A DNA stretch of 64,000 bases from Candidatus Bathyarchaeia archaeon (GCA_038727135.1 JAVYWL010000001.1:256001-320000); one strand, 5' to 3'. Positions 28,567 to 39,336 are shown, numbered from the stretch's first letter. Numbers and translations are program-made. The notes: a model not told the origin generated them from the sequence alone.

Positions 28567-29376
28567 ATGAAGTGCCAAAAATGTGGAACAGAAACCTTTC
28601 TGCCCTTTAGATGTCCCTACTGTGGAGGATACTTCTGCGCCGAGCATCGCCTACCGGAAAACCACGAATGCCCAAAAATTGAGTTGGCACGAGCACCAGT
28701 AAAGGAGGAGCAAACACAATTTCCTCAAGCATGGAAGCCAATCGAGTACACAATCACATATATCCCAATAGAAACTAGAAGGCAGATTCAATTCAGCGCT
28801 AAAGAGGTCACACACTTAGCAGTGGCGGCACTACTTGTTTTGGGCATAGGACTATCTCTAGGAATATCGCCAACCGTAATCCAAAATATCGGAGGCATCC
28901 CCATGCTATTCGCGTTTGGAGTCATAGTAACGGCATCCTTCCTAATCCATGAACTAGCCCACAAATTCACAGCTCAAAAAAGCGGTTTATGGGCGGAATT
29001 CAGAATAATGCTTTTCGGCCTAATATTAACAGCCATATCTATCGTTTCGCCCCTCTTCAAGATTATATCGCCTGGAGCCGTGGTTGTAGCAGGATTAACC
29101 AGCAAAAGAAACCTCGGGAAAATCTCCATAGCTGGACCATTAACAAACATCATATTATCCTTAGGGTTTCTTCTAGCGACGCGTTTGGCGCCAACCAGCA
29201 ACTTTACATATCTGTTCCTTCTAGGTTTCGCGATAAACGCTTGGATAGCCTTTCTCAATCTCATACCCTTCGGAATGCTCGACGGCTTTAAAATCTTCTT
29301 TTGGAACAAGGTCGTTTGGGCTTCAGCCTTCACCATAAGCCTAATCTTAACAATAGCATCCTTCATGCTCTTGTAA
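28567..29376 (+). CDS. AN1-type zinc finger fused to M50 (site-2) intramembrane metalloprotease
   Basis: CQKC...CPYCGGYFCAEHRLPENHEC; HELAH; AGP; NLIPFGMLDG. Confidence 0.9.
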   Translation: MKCQKCGTETFLPFRCPYCGGYFCAEHRLPENHECPKIELARAPVKEEQTQFPQAWKPIEYTITYIPIETRRQIQFSAKEVTHLAVAALLVLGIGLSLGISPTVIQNIGGIPMLFAFGVIVTASFLIHELAHKFTAQKSGLWAEFRIMLFGLILTAISIVSPLFKIISPGAVVVAGLTSKRNLGKISIAGPLTNIILSLGFLLATRLAPTSNFTYLFLLGFAINAWIAFLNLIPFGMLDGFKIFFWNKVVWASAFTISLILTIASFMLL

Positions 29377-29391
29377 AAACAAAATATAAAG

Positions 29392-29700
29392 CTAGAGAAG
29401 CTCTATTGTTACGTGCACTTCCTCCGGGACACGGATACGCATAATCCGCCTCATGGCACGTTCTTCAGCGTCAATGTCCACCAAGCGTTTGTGGATGCGC
29501 AGCTCCCACTTGTCCCATGTGGATGTCCCTTCACCGCATGGAGACTTCAAAACTGGAACCTTAAGCCTCTTGGTTGGCAACGGAATAGGCCCAACCATTT
29601 TCACCCCTGTTTTTTCAGCTATCGCCTTAAGCTCTTGGCACACTTCCTCAAGCTTCTTGTAGTCTGTGCTTGTTAAGCGTATCCGCGCCTTCCTAACCAT
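29392..29700 (-). CDS. rpsJ: 30S ribosomal protein uS10
   Basis: GPIPLPTK...KSPCGEG...[12 protein letters not shown]. Confidence 0.97.
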   Translation of the reverse strand: MVRKARIRLTSTDYKKLEEVCQELKAIAEKTGVKMVGPIPLPTKRLKVPVLKSPCGEGTSTWDKWELRIHKRLVDIDAEERAMRRIMRIRVPEEVHVTIELL

Positions 29701-29821
29701 AGCCTAATACTCCAAACCTTCAACCTTTTATACTTTTTAGCGGGTATCCTTTTAGACAATAAACCATAGATAAAAACTTATCGAAACAAGAGGCGCGTAA
29801 ACTGGCAAAAGAGGCAGAGGA

Positions 29822-30472
29822 ATGAAGCTGAAAGTTAAAGGGATAATCATAGACTTGGACGGCACACTTGTAGATTCAAGAGAAGCCTACCACGAAGCCC
29901 TAGCAAAAGCCCTAGCAAAGCTTGGCGTAAAAGAGTTTAACCCCAGCTTGATTTTAGAGATTCCGAGAAGACTAGAGCAGAACCTACCAATAAAGGATTT
30001 ATTGCCAAAAATAAACATTGAAAAATTTCTAGAAGCCTATCTTGAGGCTTATTATAGGATTGCTGAAGACAAGGCAAAACTATTGCCAAACACGCAGAAA
30101 ACTCTTGAGATGCTTTCAAGAAAGGCTAGGCTTGCGCTATTAACAATGCGTTATGTCCCATGCGAAAATATTGGAAAGTGGCTGGAGAAGGTGGGCTTAG
30201 CCAAATATTTCCAATGTGTTGTTACAGCATTGAACACGAGGTTTCCGAAGCCTTCTCCTAAGGCGCTGGTTGACTGCGCTGAGCGGATAGGCGTTAAAGT
30301 AGGCGAATGTGCTATCGTAGGCGATTCCGTCGCAGACATTAAGGCTGGAAAAAATGCTGGTGCGAAAACGGTCGCCGTCTTATCCGGAATATTCACGAGG
30401 GAAGAATTAGAAAATGAAAAGCCTGACCTAATCATTAGGGACTTCAGCGAGCTTCCAAAATTTCTTTGTTAA
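29822..30472 (+). CDS. HAD-superfamily hydrolase
   Basis: DLDGTLVDS, KPSP, VGDSVADI. Confidence 0.93.
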   Translation: MKLKVKGIIIDLDGTLVDSREAYHEALAKALAKLGVKEFNPSLILEIPRRLEQNLPIKDLLPKINIEKFLEAYLEAYYRIAEDKAKLLPNTQKTLEMLSRKARLALLTMRYVPCENIGKWLEKVGLAKYFQCVVTALNTRFPKPSPKALVDCAERIGVKVGECAIVGDSVADIKAGKNAGAKTVAVLSGIFTREELENEKPDLIIRDFSELPKFLC

Positions 30473-30597
30473 TTAAGGAATATTACGGAACATGCAATAT
30501 GGTTGAAAATTACTTAAGAATGTTATAGAAGCAACCATAAATAAAGCTTAATTAAAACTTTAATCTTAGTATTAGAGCGGAGAGGGCTTCGAAAACA

Positions 30598-31212
30598 ATG
30601 AATTTCGTTGAGGTACTGTTGTCTGAGAAGTTAAAGAGCAAAAATCCAATGCTGGATATTTTCGGCGCTGACCGGAAGGTTTTGCAGATAGCATGCCAAG
30701 ACTTCACCAACTACTTGAAGGTTTACTGGAACCTTGTGGGCAAAGAGGCAAACGAATTTGAACTCGCCGACAAACTTGAAGAGTTCTATCAGAAAGAACC
30801 TAAAGAGCTTGAAGAGTTCATAGACTTGTGGACTGGCATATGGCTGAAAAAGTGGGGAGAGAGGGTAAAACTCCTAATAGGCAACGAGGAAGCCCAAAAG
30901 TGGAACAAAGTGACAAAAATCCTAAACAATGCAGAACCCATATGGAGGAGGCTTACCAATCGCAGGGAAATGCAAGAAGTCATCATATCAACCCTCATAA
31001 AGAACGGCGAAATCTGCGGAACGTCAATTTTGGCTGAAAACCTTCTAAAAATGGAGTTGGGCGAAAACAAGAGGAAGTATACAAGCGATCAGGAACAAGT
31101 GCTAAACGTTGTAAACAACACTTTGCGCAAGGCTAGAGAACTGACAAGAAGCAAAGGACCGCTAATATTTGTTAGAATTGATAAGGGCTACTACAACAAT
31201 AACGAGTTTTAG
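30598..31212 (+). CDS. Hypothetical protein
   Basis: 204-aa ATG ORF, host-like composition, no recognised motif. Confidence 0.75.
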   Translation: MNFVEVLLSEKLKSKNPMLDIFGADRKVLQIACQDFTNYLKVYWNLVGKEANEFELADKLEEFYQKEPKELEEFIDLWTGIWLKKWGERVKLLIGNEEAQKWNKVTKILNNAEPIWRRLTNRREMQEVIISTLIKNGEICGTSILAENLLKMELGENKRKYTSDQEQVLNVVNNTLRKARELTRSKGPLIFVRIDKGYYNNNEF

Positions 31213-31397
31213 CGGATTCTCTGCCTATTAAGGTTTTTAGTCTGCCAAGAATAACGCCTAATAGTTGTTGACGCCCCATAACCGCAGGCGGCACACCGCT
31301 TTTTCGAAACGTTATAGGCTCTCCTTCCACAACGCCTGCAGCGTATGTGAAGCGTTTTGCCTGCACGTTTCCCAAAGGATGGTGTTCCCTTTCCCAA
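31209..31397 (-). CDS. rpl37e: 50S ribosomal protein eL37
   Basis: [10 protein letters not shown]...HIRCRRCG...CAACGY; TTG start at 31397. Confidence 0.96.
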   Translation of the reverse strand: MGKGTPSFGKRAGKTLHIRCRRCGRRAYNVSKKRCAACGYGASTTIRRYSWQTKNLNRQRIR

Positions 31398-31402
31398 AAT
31401 TT

Positions 31403-31630
31403 TCACCTAGGAGGCGGCGATATTAGAACGACGTTGTCTCCGCGGACAATTATTAAGCCGAGCTTCTTAGTGTTTTCAGCGTCAGTCGTGTCTTCGGTGT
31501 CCTCAAGGACAAGGTTTAAGTGTTGGTCAAAGCCCTTCAATCTTCCTCTAAGGCTTTTTCCACCCTTCAACCTTACAAGCACTATTTTTCCAAGGTTCTG
31601 CTCAAGGATTTCGGTAGTCATCTCGCTCAT
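31403..31630 (-). CDS. Sm-like archaeal protein (SmAP/Lsm)
   Basis: [14 protein letters not shown] (Sm1), IVRGDNV (Sm2); linked to rpl37e as is usual in archaea. Confidence 0.95.
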   Translation of the reverse strand: MSEMTTEILEQNLGKIVLVRLKGGKSLRGRLKGFDQHLNLVLEDTEDTTDAENTKKLGLIIVRGDNVVLISPPPR

Positions 31631-31711
31631 TTACAGACCTCAATTAGACATTTACCCTTTTTATACTTAAATTATACCATTTAAACCTATCTAAGCGAGA
31701 AGCGGAAAACT

Positions 31712-32218
31712 ATGTCTAAAAGATTTAAAAGGCATTTCCTAAAGGATAAAGAGGCTAGGAATCTTTTGGAAAAAGCCTCAAAAAGGCTGAAAATAGCTTT
31801 AGAAAAGTGCTTTGTAAGCACTCCAAAGGTGGAGGTTGTTGAAGCAGATTTTGGTGAGGTTTACCTAATAAATGGAGAACCAGCATTTTTCAAAAGCGGA
31901 GAGAATGTTTACCCAACTCTTCTCTTCAAAGAAGTTTTCGGTTTTTTGCCAAGGGTTGTCGTGGACATGGGGGCTGTTCCTCACATTTGTAATGGCGCAG
32001 ACGTTATGGCTCCGGGAATTCTACGCTTTGAAGGAGAATTTTTGAAGGACGACATAGTCCTGGTTGTGGATGAGAAATATGGCAAGCCTATTGCTGTAGG
32101 TGAAATCTGTTACAACTCAGAAGAGGTTGCTGGAGTTAAGCATGGCGTTGTGGTTAAAAATGTCCACCATGTCGGCGATAAAGTCTGGAAAACCATAAAG
32201 GAGTTGGCAAGCGCATAA
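31712..32218 (+). CDS. PUA-domain RNA-binding protein (DUF1947/MCT-1-like)
   Basis: VVDMGAVPHICNGADVMAPGI, HHVGDKVW. Confidence 0.92.
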   Translation: MSKRFKRHFLKDKEARNLLEKASKRLKIALEKCFVSTPKVEVVEADFGEVYLINGEPAFFKSGENVYPTLLFKEVFGFLPRVVVDMGAVPHICNGADVMAPGILRFEGEFLKDDIVLVVDEKYGKPIAVGEICYNSEEVAGVKHGVVVKNVHHVGDKVWKTIKELASA

Positions 32219-32365
32219 GCAAAAGTAAGTTCGAATCCATATTCTAGATTCATAAACCTATTAACACTAATCCGTATTGTAGATTCAGAGCACCGTTCAA
32301 TAAGGAAACGCTTAAACTCTTAAAAAGGGTAAATAGGTATAAAGGGCGTAATAGAGAGGAGAAGT

Positions 32366-32737
32366 TTGCCGGGTTTAGGTGAACTCTTCCGCAAATACAA
32401 GAAAGAGGGAAAGGCGGAAACGCCGAAAGCGGAAGCCAAGGAGAAGCCCGGCAAAACCTTCTTGAAGGCTATGCCCCTCCGAGACTTATCCGACTTGGAC
32501 GTTGTTAAGAAGGAGGTGAGCTCCGGAAACATACTAATTCTTAGAATAACTCCTCTCGCAAATAAGAGCGTTGACGATGTTAAAAAAGCTGTTAACGAGT
32601 TATGCGAGTTCGTCGAGTCTGTCGGCGGGGACATAGCCCGCCTAGGCGAGGAACGCGTGGTTATTTGTCCGCCTAACGTGAAGATTTGGAGAGAGAAAAC
32701 GCCGGTGGCAAGCGAGCCTATAGCTACAGCAGCCTAA
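32366..32737 (+). CDS. sepF: Cell division protein SepF
   Basis: GNILILRITPL...VGGDIARLGEERVVICPPNVKI. Confidence 0.85.
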   Translation: MPGLGELFRKYKKEGKAETPKAEAKEKPGKTFLKAMPLRDLSDLDVVKKEVSSGNILILRITPLANKSVDDVKKAVNELCEFVESVGGDIARLGEERVVICPPNVKIWREKTPVASEPIATAA

Positions 32738-34643
32738 TGGTTTCCATAACTGCGGGTGCAAAGCTCTGGATTCCACATTTTTTCTCTATGAAATTGGATA
32801 TGCTGGCTATTTTTGCCCTTTCACCGTGGCAAACTATAACTCGTTCCGGTCTAGGCTTTAAATGCGTTATGTAGTTTATTATCTGCCGCCTATCAGAGTG
32901 CCCTGAAAAGCCTTCTATGGATTCTACACGCATCTTTACCTTTACAACGCTCATTTTGCCCTCGCTGTCAATCATTGCCACCTCGTTTATGCCCTTTTGA
33001 ACACGTCTGCCTAAAGTGCCCTCAATCTGGTAGCTTACAAATACTATGGTGTTTCTCTCGTCTTCTGCTAGGCTTTTGAAGTATTCTATTACTGGTCCGC
33101 CCTCAAGCATGCCTGAAGTAGCCATGATTATGCACGGTTCTCCGTCAATCACGCTTTGCCTAACGCTTGGATGCTCAACAACTGTGAAATAATCCGACTC
33201 GAAGGGGTTCACCCCGTCGTGGAGGATGCTGTTTCTGACTTCCCTGCCCAAGTATTCTGGGTAAGCCGTGTGGATTGCCGTAGCTTCAGAAATCATACCT
33301 TCAATGAAGACCGGAGCCTCCTTCATCAGCCCACGCTTCATGTAGCCGTCCAAAACAAGCATTATTTCCTGTGCTCTGCCAACAGCTGGAACCGGAATTA
33401 GAACCTTGCCCCTTTTCTCTAATGTCTCGTTTACTATTTTCGTTAGACGTTCTTCAGCCTCAACCCTTGAGGGCATTATGTCCTCCGGACCACCATAAGT
33501 GCTTTCAGTTATGACAGTTTCAACTCTTGGAAATTCGGCTGTTGCCGCCTCCAAAAGCATGGTTCGCGCATACTTGTAGTCGCCCGTATAAACAATGTTG
33601 TGTAGGCCTTCGCCAATGTGCAAATGCACTATTGAAGAGCCTAAAATGTGCCCGGCATTATGCAGTGTCAGCCGCACGTCCGGGGCAATATCCGTTACAA
33701 CACCATAACGAAGCGGAATAGTGTGAAGGACACATTCCCGAACATCCTTTTGGTCATAGGGTGGAATTATGCCCTGCTTGCTAGCCACATCCAAATAGTC
33801 AAGCTGAAGCAGCGTCATGAGGTTGGATGTTGGAGCGGAACAGTAAACGGGACCTTCGTAGCCATACTTATATAGGAATGGAACCAAGCCGCAATGGTCA
33901 AGGTGGGCGTGGCTTATAACAACAGCGTCCAAGGAGTCTATCTCGAAAGCTGGATGGTCAAACCTTGGAAAAGCCTCAAAAGGCTTCGACGAGCCCGGAT
34001 TTATGCCGCAGTCCAAGAGGATGCTGCTTTCTCTCGTCTGCACAAGGAAAGCCGAGCGTCCAACCTCTTGAACGCCGCCTAATGGCGTAATCCGAACATC
34101 TCCGACCTCGAAGACTTTTGGTCTGAAGATTCTTTCGCCAAATGTGCGGAGGTTTCGCTCCCTTTCCTTGCTTTCAGAATGGAGGTAGTGACGCATGTGC
34201 GCAATAATCTTAGAGCGTAGTGGCGGGCTTCTCAAAACGTGGGGGCGCCACTTTGTCCTCTTTATAATTTCCTGCAAGACAGCACCATTTTTCCCTATAA
34301 CTAGCCCCGGCTTTTTAGCCTCGATGATTATTTCACCTAGACTTGGGTCAAAGTACACATCTGTGACTTCAGCCTCTGGCGGAATTATTTCTCGGGCTAT
34401 TTTCTCTGCCTCTTTCTCTGTAAGCCTCACAGATGGGTCTGAGCGGACGACGATTCTTTTTCTGATGACGTTTACTATGTCAGCTATTAGGCTGCTCTGC
34501 TCCACGAGGATTTCCGGTCTTTTTGCGTAGACCGCCAGCATTGGACCTTCATATTCTACCCTTGTGACTTCAGCCTCTTTTGGGACATGCTCAAGTATGT
34601 ATTTGCTTATTTCGATTTTCTCCCTTTCAGTGTTGGGCGCCAA
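32724..34643 (-). CDS. fttA: Beta-CASP ribonuclease aCPSF1 (FttA)
   Basis: N-terminal KH domains, HAHLDH, AGHILGS, FSGHSD, HGE. Confidence 0.96.
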   Translation of the reverse strand: MAPNTEREKIEISKYILEHVPKEAEVTRVEYEGPMLAVYAKRPEILVEQSSLIADIVNVIRKRIVVRSDPSVRLTEKEAEKIAREIIPPEAEVTDVYFDPSLGEIIIEAKKPGLVIGKNGAVLQEIIKRTKWRPHVLRSPPLRSKIIAHMRHYLHSESKERERNLRTFGERIFRPKVFEVGDVRITPLGGVQEVGRSAFLVQTRESSILLDCGINPGSSKPFEAFPRFDHPAFEIDSLDAVVISHAHLDHCGLVPFLYKYGYEGPVYCSAPTSNLMTLLQLDYLDVASKQGIIPPYDQKDVRECVLHTIPLRYGVVTDIAPDVRLTLHNAGHILGSSIVHLHIGEGLHNIVYTGDYKYARTMLLEAATAEFPRVETVITESTYGGPEDIMPSRVEAEERLTKIVNETLEKRGKVLIPVPAVGRAQEIMLVLDGYMKRGLMKEAPVFIEGMISEATAIHTAYPEYLGREVRNSILHDGVNPFESDYFTVVEHPSVRQSVIDGEPCIIMATSGMLEGGPVIEYFKSLAEDERNTIVFVSYQIEGTLGRRVQKGINEVAMIDSEGKMSVVKVKMRVESIEGFSGHSDRRQIINYITHLKPRPERVIVCHGERAKIASISNFIEKKCGIQSFAPAVMETIRLL

Positions 34644-34660
34644 CTTTTAGACTTCCCTTT

Positions 34661-35320
34661 TCAATTTGCAGCTAAAAGTTTCTTCTTCTCCTCTTCTGTT
34701 AATTCTCTATAACCGTTAGCGTCCACAACCGCCACATTGAAGCTGTCTCCGCTCGCCGAGTCCCTTTTCATGGCTGAGTCAACGGCCCTAACAACTATTG
34801 GTAAAGCTTCAGCCACCGACATGCCCTCTCGGAACTTGTCCTCCAAAACGCCGTAGGCTATTGGAGAACCCGAACCGGTGGCGACACACTTCTCCTCTGT
34901 TAGGCTTCCGAAGGGGTCTATGGAGAAAACATGAGGCCCAGTGTCGTCGACTCCGCCTATCAAGACCTGGGTTGCCAGTGGTATGTACCGGGTTGAGAAT
35001 AGGAGGTTTGCCATGAGCCTTGCCGCTGAGCTTATGGGCATTGGTCTTCCCATGTTTATCTTGTAAAGTTGGGCGTTAGCCGTTAAAATGTCCACTGTTC
35101 TTTGGGCGTCAGCGACTGTTCCAGCAATGGTCATCGCCATGTGGTCGTCTATCTTGTATATTTTCTTCCCATGTTTGTGGGCTACATAGAATCCCATGGT
35201 TACTCGGGTGTCTGAAGCCAGGATTACTCCATCTTTGCAGACAACCCCTATGGTTGTCGTTCCCTTCAACGTCAACTTATCAACTACGTTGCTGTTTGAC
35301 ATTTTACGCATTTCTCCCAA
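34661..35320 (-). CDS. psmB: Proteasome beta subunit
   Basis: Propeptide then G/TTTIG, ATGSGS, RDSASG; exact start uncertain. Confidence 0.96.
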   Translation of the reverse strand: MGEMRKMSNSNVVDKLTLKGTTTIGVVCKDGVILASDTRVTMGFYVAHKHGKKIYKIDDHMAMTIAGTVADAQRTVDILTANAQLYKINMGRPMPISSAARLMANLLFSTRYIPLATQVLIGGVDDTGPHVFSIDPFGSLTEEKCVATGSGSPIAYGVLEDKFREGMSVAEALPIVVRAVDSAMKRDSASGDSFNVAVVDANGYRELTEEEKKKLLAAN

Positions 35321-35436
35321 AACCTAAACACATCGCCAAATTACTTCGCTAGGAAGTAGCATCATTTAATCACGTCATGAAGCTTATTAATATTACGCTT
35401 CGAAAATGCAATTCATCTATAAACGTTTTGAAGCCT

Positions 35437-35598
35437 CTAGATTATGTCTTCTTCCTCTGTTAGCTCGTCTTCCTCCGCCCAATGGCACTCTTCGCAGAAA
35501 CCATCGAACTCTTCATACTCATCCTTTGATATTTCCTTGCCGCACCTCACACAGTAATGTTTACATTTTCCCTTCTCAATTGTCGCCCTATCAGACAT
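35437..35598 (-). CDS. Small zinc-finger protein with acidic tail
   Basis: CVRCG...FCEEC then WAEEDELTEEEDII; ATG at 35598, start uncertain. Confidence 0.72.
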   Translation of the reverse strand: MSDRATIEKGKCKHYCVRCGKEISKDEYEEFDGFCEECHWAEEDELTEEEDII

Positions 35599-35739
35599 GG
35601 CGATAGGGTTTTTAAATTCTGGATTCTTATCGGTTATGAAACTAAAATTTATAGTTAAAATATACCAGGCTGAAGCGTTGCTTTGAAAAAGGGTTTTAAG
35701 AGCCGCACTCATATCATTTGAGAGGAAAAGTCTCAGCAA

Positions 35740-36804
35740 GTGATTGGTTTGCCTTTAAAACGCCACTGGATGCAGCTTCCAAGGGAGGTTATTGTCGGAG
35801 AGGGCGTAATAGAACAAACTGCGGAAATATCCAAAAGGCTGGGTTTCACGGAGTCCGCCCTAATAATTACTGGGAGGAAAACCCACAATATTGCCGGGAA
35901 AATTGTTGAGGAAATTCTTGAAAAAGAGGGGGTGCAAGCCAAAACGCTCATTGTGGAGTCAGCCACCATAAAAGATGTGGAAGCTGTTGAGGAAAAAATT
36001 AGAGCCTTAAAACCTCAAGTAGTTTTTGGCGTGGGCGGAGGAACAAAAATCGACATTGCAAAGTTAAGCTCTGCCCGGCAAAAGGTGCCCTTCATAAGCG
36101 TTCCAACAACAGCCTCCCATGATGGGATTGCAAGCCCACTGTCGTCTGTCAAAGGTCTTGAAAAACCTTTTTCGGTAATGGCTCAAGCCCCGGTAGCCAT
36201 AATAGCCGACACAAACATAATCACACAGACACCTCACCGTTTTATTGCAAGTGGTTGCGGAGACGTCATTGCAAAATTCACAGCTGTGAGAGACTGGAAG
36301 CTTGCAAGCATGGATAAGAACGAGTATTATGGGGAGTACGCCGCAAGCCTAGCCCTAATGAGCGCAAGGCTCGTGATGCGAAACGCCAGCCTCATAAAAC
36401 CAGAAAACGAGGAAGGCTTGCGCGTGCTCCTTGAAGCCCTAATAAGCTGTGGAGTAGCCATGAGCATTGCTGGGAGCAGCCGCCCATGCAGTGGTGCAGA
36501 ACACTTATTCAGCCACGCCCTAGACCTCATAAAGCCTAACAACGCCCTTCACGGCGAGCAGTGCGGTATAGGAACAATTATTATGGCTTATCTGCATGGC
36601 ACAGACTGGAAGCGCATAAGGGAAACCCTAAAAACAGTTGGAGCGCCAACCAACGCCTACGAACTTGGGTTGGCGAAAGACGATGTGGTTAAAGCCTTGT
36701 TTATGGCATCATCAATAAGACCTGAACGCTACACAATCCTTAATAAGTTAGACCTAAGCCTAGAAGAATGCGAAAGAATTGCGAAAATAACCGGGGTTAT
36801 TTAG
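35740..36804 (+). CDS. egsA: sn-glycerol-1-phosphate dehydrogenase
   Basis: GGGTKID, PTTASHDG, SRPCSGAEHLFSH, HGEQCG, RPERYTIL. Confidence 0.96.
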   Translation: MIGLPLKRHWMQLPREVIVGEGVIEQTAEISKRLGFTESALIITGRKTHNIAGKIVEEILEKEGVQAKTLIVESATIKDVEAVEEKIRALKPQVVFGVGGGTKIDIAKLSSARQKVPFISVPTTASHDGIASPLSSVKGLEKPFSVMAQAPVAIIADTNIITQTPHRFIASGCGDVIAKFTAVRDWKLASMDKNEYYGEYAASLALMSARLVMRNASLIKPENEEGLRVLLEALISCGVAMSIAGSSRPCSGAEHLFSHALDLIKPNNALHGEQCGIGTIIMAYLHGTDWKRIRETLKTVGAPTNAYELGLAKDDVVKALFMASSIRPERYTILNKLDLSLEECERIAKITGVI

Positions 36805-37502
36805 GCTTTTGCCTTTGGTTCCGCCTTAAAGGTTTCTGTGAACTTGACGGCGGTTATTTCCGGGAAAAACTTCTGTATGTCTAGGGCTATGCCACGCTTT
36901 GCAACCTGAATTCCTTCCAAGTAGAAGGCTTCTTCAGGCATTTCTATGCTAACGTTTTTCGCTTTAATGGTGAACTTGAACTTTTCAGCCTCAACTGTTG
37001 GTATTCTACGGTGAATTAGGGCGGCTATCTTCTCTTCTGGCGTTTCAAGCTTCTTCTTGACCGTAACCTCGTAAACAAGGGTTTTTCCAGCCAATGGAGG
37101 ATTAAAGTCTAAAAGGACGCGCCCAGCGCCAATAGCCCTAACAGTTGCCATTTTACCGTCGTATTCGAGGCGCATTCCAAGGGTTGGGGTTATGCCCTTA
37201 GCCGTCAAGTGCCTAAGAGGAACTCGCTTAACTTTTTCTGGGTCTCTTGCTCCAAAGGCTTTTTCTGGCGGTATCTCTACAGTTTCAGTTTTTCCAACTT
37301 CCATGTTTGTTAGGCTTTCATCCAAAGCCTTTAGGACCCAGCCCTCGCCTATAACAACGAGTTTTGGCTCGTAGATTTCGCCCTCTTTGTAGAGGCGTTC
37401 TTTTTTGGCTACCTCCTCAATTGTGGTGTCGAAGACTTCTCCTGTCTCTTTTACCTTTGCCACGTAATCTAACAGTATGAAGTCGCCTTTCTGCAAAGCC
37501 AT
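36801..37502 (-). CDS. slyD: Long-type archaeal FKBP peptidyl-prolyl isomerase
   Basis: GEVFDTT, PPEKAFG, DFNPPLAGKTL. Confidence 0.93.
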   Translation of the reverse strand: MALQKGDFILLDYVAKVKETGEVFDTTIEEVAKKERLYKEGEIYEPKLVVIGEGWVLKALDESLTNMEVGKTETVEIPPEKAFGARDPEKVKRVPLRHLTAKGITPTLGMRLEYDGKMATVRAIGAGRVLLDFNPPLAGKTLVYEVTVKKKLETPEEKIAALIHRRIPTVEAEKFKFTIKAKNVSIEMPEEAFYLEGIQVAKRGIALDIQKFFPEITAVKFTETFKAEPKAKA

Positions 37503-37604
37503 TTCACATCATCTTTTATGAGCATTTGCCAAACTAAACCAGGAGCATCAATAAAAGCTTTATCCAATCAAAACATGTTTTAAATTCGCCAACCTAAAAG
37601 TTGA

Positions 37605-38072
37605 GTGAACATGATGGAACATAATGCAAAAGAGAAAACTTACAGCGAATGCTTCGAAGCTATAAAGAAAGGAGTTATGGGAAAATCCTTTGAAGAAAGA
37701 ATGGCACTTGTATGCAGCGTTTTGAAGGAGAAAATCCCATACTATTTTTGGGTTGGATTTTATATTCCCAAGAAGGATTGGTTGGAGCTTGGTTCATCAA
37801 AGGGACCGCCAGCATGCGCCAGAATAGCCTACACTGGTGTTTGCGGGAAATGCGCCAAAAGCGGGAAAACCATTATTGTGCCAAATGTTCACGAGTTTCC
37901 AGGACATATCGCATGTGACCCCCGTTCAAAGTCTGAAATTGCCGTGCCAGTATTCGGCGAGAAGGGTGATGTTGTGGCTGTTCTTGATGTTGACAGCGAG
38001 GAATATGGCAGTTTTGACGAGAAAGATAAGGAGTGGCTTGAGAGGATAGCGAAACTCTTAACTTCAGCCTAG
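37605..38072 (+). CDS. GAF-domain protein, free methionine-R-sulfoxide reductase-like
   Basis: WVGFY, ACARI, GVCG, FPGHIACD, SEIAVP, LDVDS. Confidence 0.88.
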   Translation: MNMMEHNAKEKTYSECFEAIKKGVMGKSFEERMALVCSVLKEKIPYYFWVGFYIPKKDWLELGSSKGPPACARIAYTGVCGKCAKSGKTIIVPNVHEFPGHIACDPRSKSEIAVPVFGEKGDVVAVLDVDSEEYGSFDEKDKEWLERIAKLLTSA

Positions 38073-38103
38073 ATTAAAGGGCTACTCTTAGCAGGAAAAC
38101 ATA

Positions 38104-39297
38104 ATGAAAAACGGCTTAGCGAATGCGAAAAAAGCCTACGTGGCTATTCTCCTTCTCGGAATAGTGAGCCTCATGGGAGACGTTGTCTATGAGGGTTCAA
38201 GGGGGATTGTTACACCATACCTAGAATTTCTTGGAGCCTCCGCCTTTGCCATAGCCTTTTTCGGCAGATTTGGGGAGTTTTTGGGATACGCCCTAAGGCT
38301 TGTAAGCGGGAGCCTCGCAGACACCACGAGAGCTTACTGGCTTTTCATATTTTTGGGATACGGGCTTATTGTATCAATACCGCTTTTGGGAGTGACAAGA
38401 ATTTGGGAAATAGCAATAATCTTGGTGCTTCTTGAAAGAATTGGAAAAGCCATTAGGTCGCCGGCGAGAGACGCCGTGCTATCTATTGTAAGCCGAGGGG
38501 TTGGCGCTGGAAAAGCCTTCGGAATCCATGAACTATTAGACCAAATTGGCGCCATTTTAGGTCCCCTCATCGTGGCTGGCTTAATGTTCTACACCAGCAA
38601 CAATTACAATTTAACCTTCAGTCTTCTAGCGTTGCCCTTCATCATGCTTATGGCATTCCTAGCCTACACGTTTAGGAAGGTCGGTTGGAGAAAAACCGCA
38701 GAGCCAGCAGAGGTTAGAATAGAAAAGGGTGAAGAAAAACTTGGAAGAGCTTTTTATGTTTACACTTCGGCTGTTTTGCTGAACACTGTTGGGCTTATAC
38801 CCTTCGAGCTTATACTTCTCAAGGCGACAGAAATTCTAAAGCCGACGAACCAGTTGTGGATTGTCCCCCTAATCTACATGCTGATACAGGGGGTGGACGC
38901 GCCAACAGCACTTTTTGCGGGATTCGCCTACGACAGGTTCAAGATTAGAGTTTTGGCGCTGCCGTTCATTCTGTCGGTTTTTCCAACATTTTTTGCCATG
39001 GCTAATGCAGACTTAACAATGCTTGTTATGGCTGCAGCCTTTTTCGGTCTAGTTTTGGGAATGCAGGAGTCCATTTACCGCGCAGCTGTTTCGGGTTTTG
39101 CCCCAATTTCTTTACGGGGAACAGCCTATGGCATATTTAACACGGCTTATGGTGTTGGCATGTTAACTGGCGGGGCAGTATATGGCTTGATGGCAGAATT
39201 GAAAATTCCATACTTAGCCGTGATAATATATGTTCTTTTGACACAAGCCGCCGCGGTGGTTCTACTCATTAACGCCTACTCAAAAACCAAAACGTGA
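38104..39297 (+). CDS. MFS transporter
   Basis: About 12 TM helices, ERIGKAIRSPARD, GKAFGIHELLDQIGA. Confidence 0.92.
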   Translation: MKNGLANAKKAYVAILLLGIVSLMGDVVYEGSRGIVTPYLEFLGASAFAIAFFGRFGEFLGYALRLVSGSLADTTRAYWLFIFLGYGLIVSIPLLGVTRIWEIAIILVLLERIGKAIRSPARDAVLSIVSRGVGAGKAFGIHELLDQIGAILGPLIVAGLMFYTSNNYNLTFSLLALPFIMLMAFLAYTFRKVGWRKTAEPAEVRIEKGEEKLGRAFYVYTSAVLLNTVGLIPFELILLKATEILKPTNQLWIVPLIYMLIQGVDAPTALFAGFAYDRFKIRVLALPFILSVFPTFFAMANADLTMLVMAAAFFGLVLGMQESIYRAAVSGFAPISLRGTAYGIFNTAYGVGMLTGGAVYGLMAELKIPYLAVIIYVLLTQAAAVVLLINAYSKTKT

Positions 39298-39336
39298 AGA
39301 GAGAAAAGGGTTTAAAGCCTTTAAAGAGATTTTACA

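Noticed and set aside
29392-29700. rpsJ not adjacent to an EF-1alpha gene
   Set aside because: Operon breakup is common in archaea and nothing else here suggests significance
29894-29920. 12-bp tandem repeat (AAGCCCTAGCAA x2)
   Set aside because: In-frame within the HAD gene (ALAKALAK); no sign of a separate function
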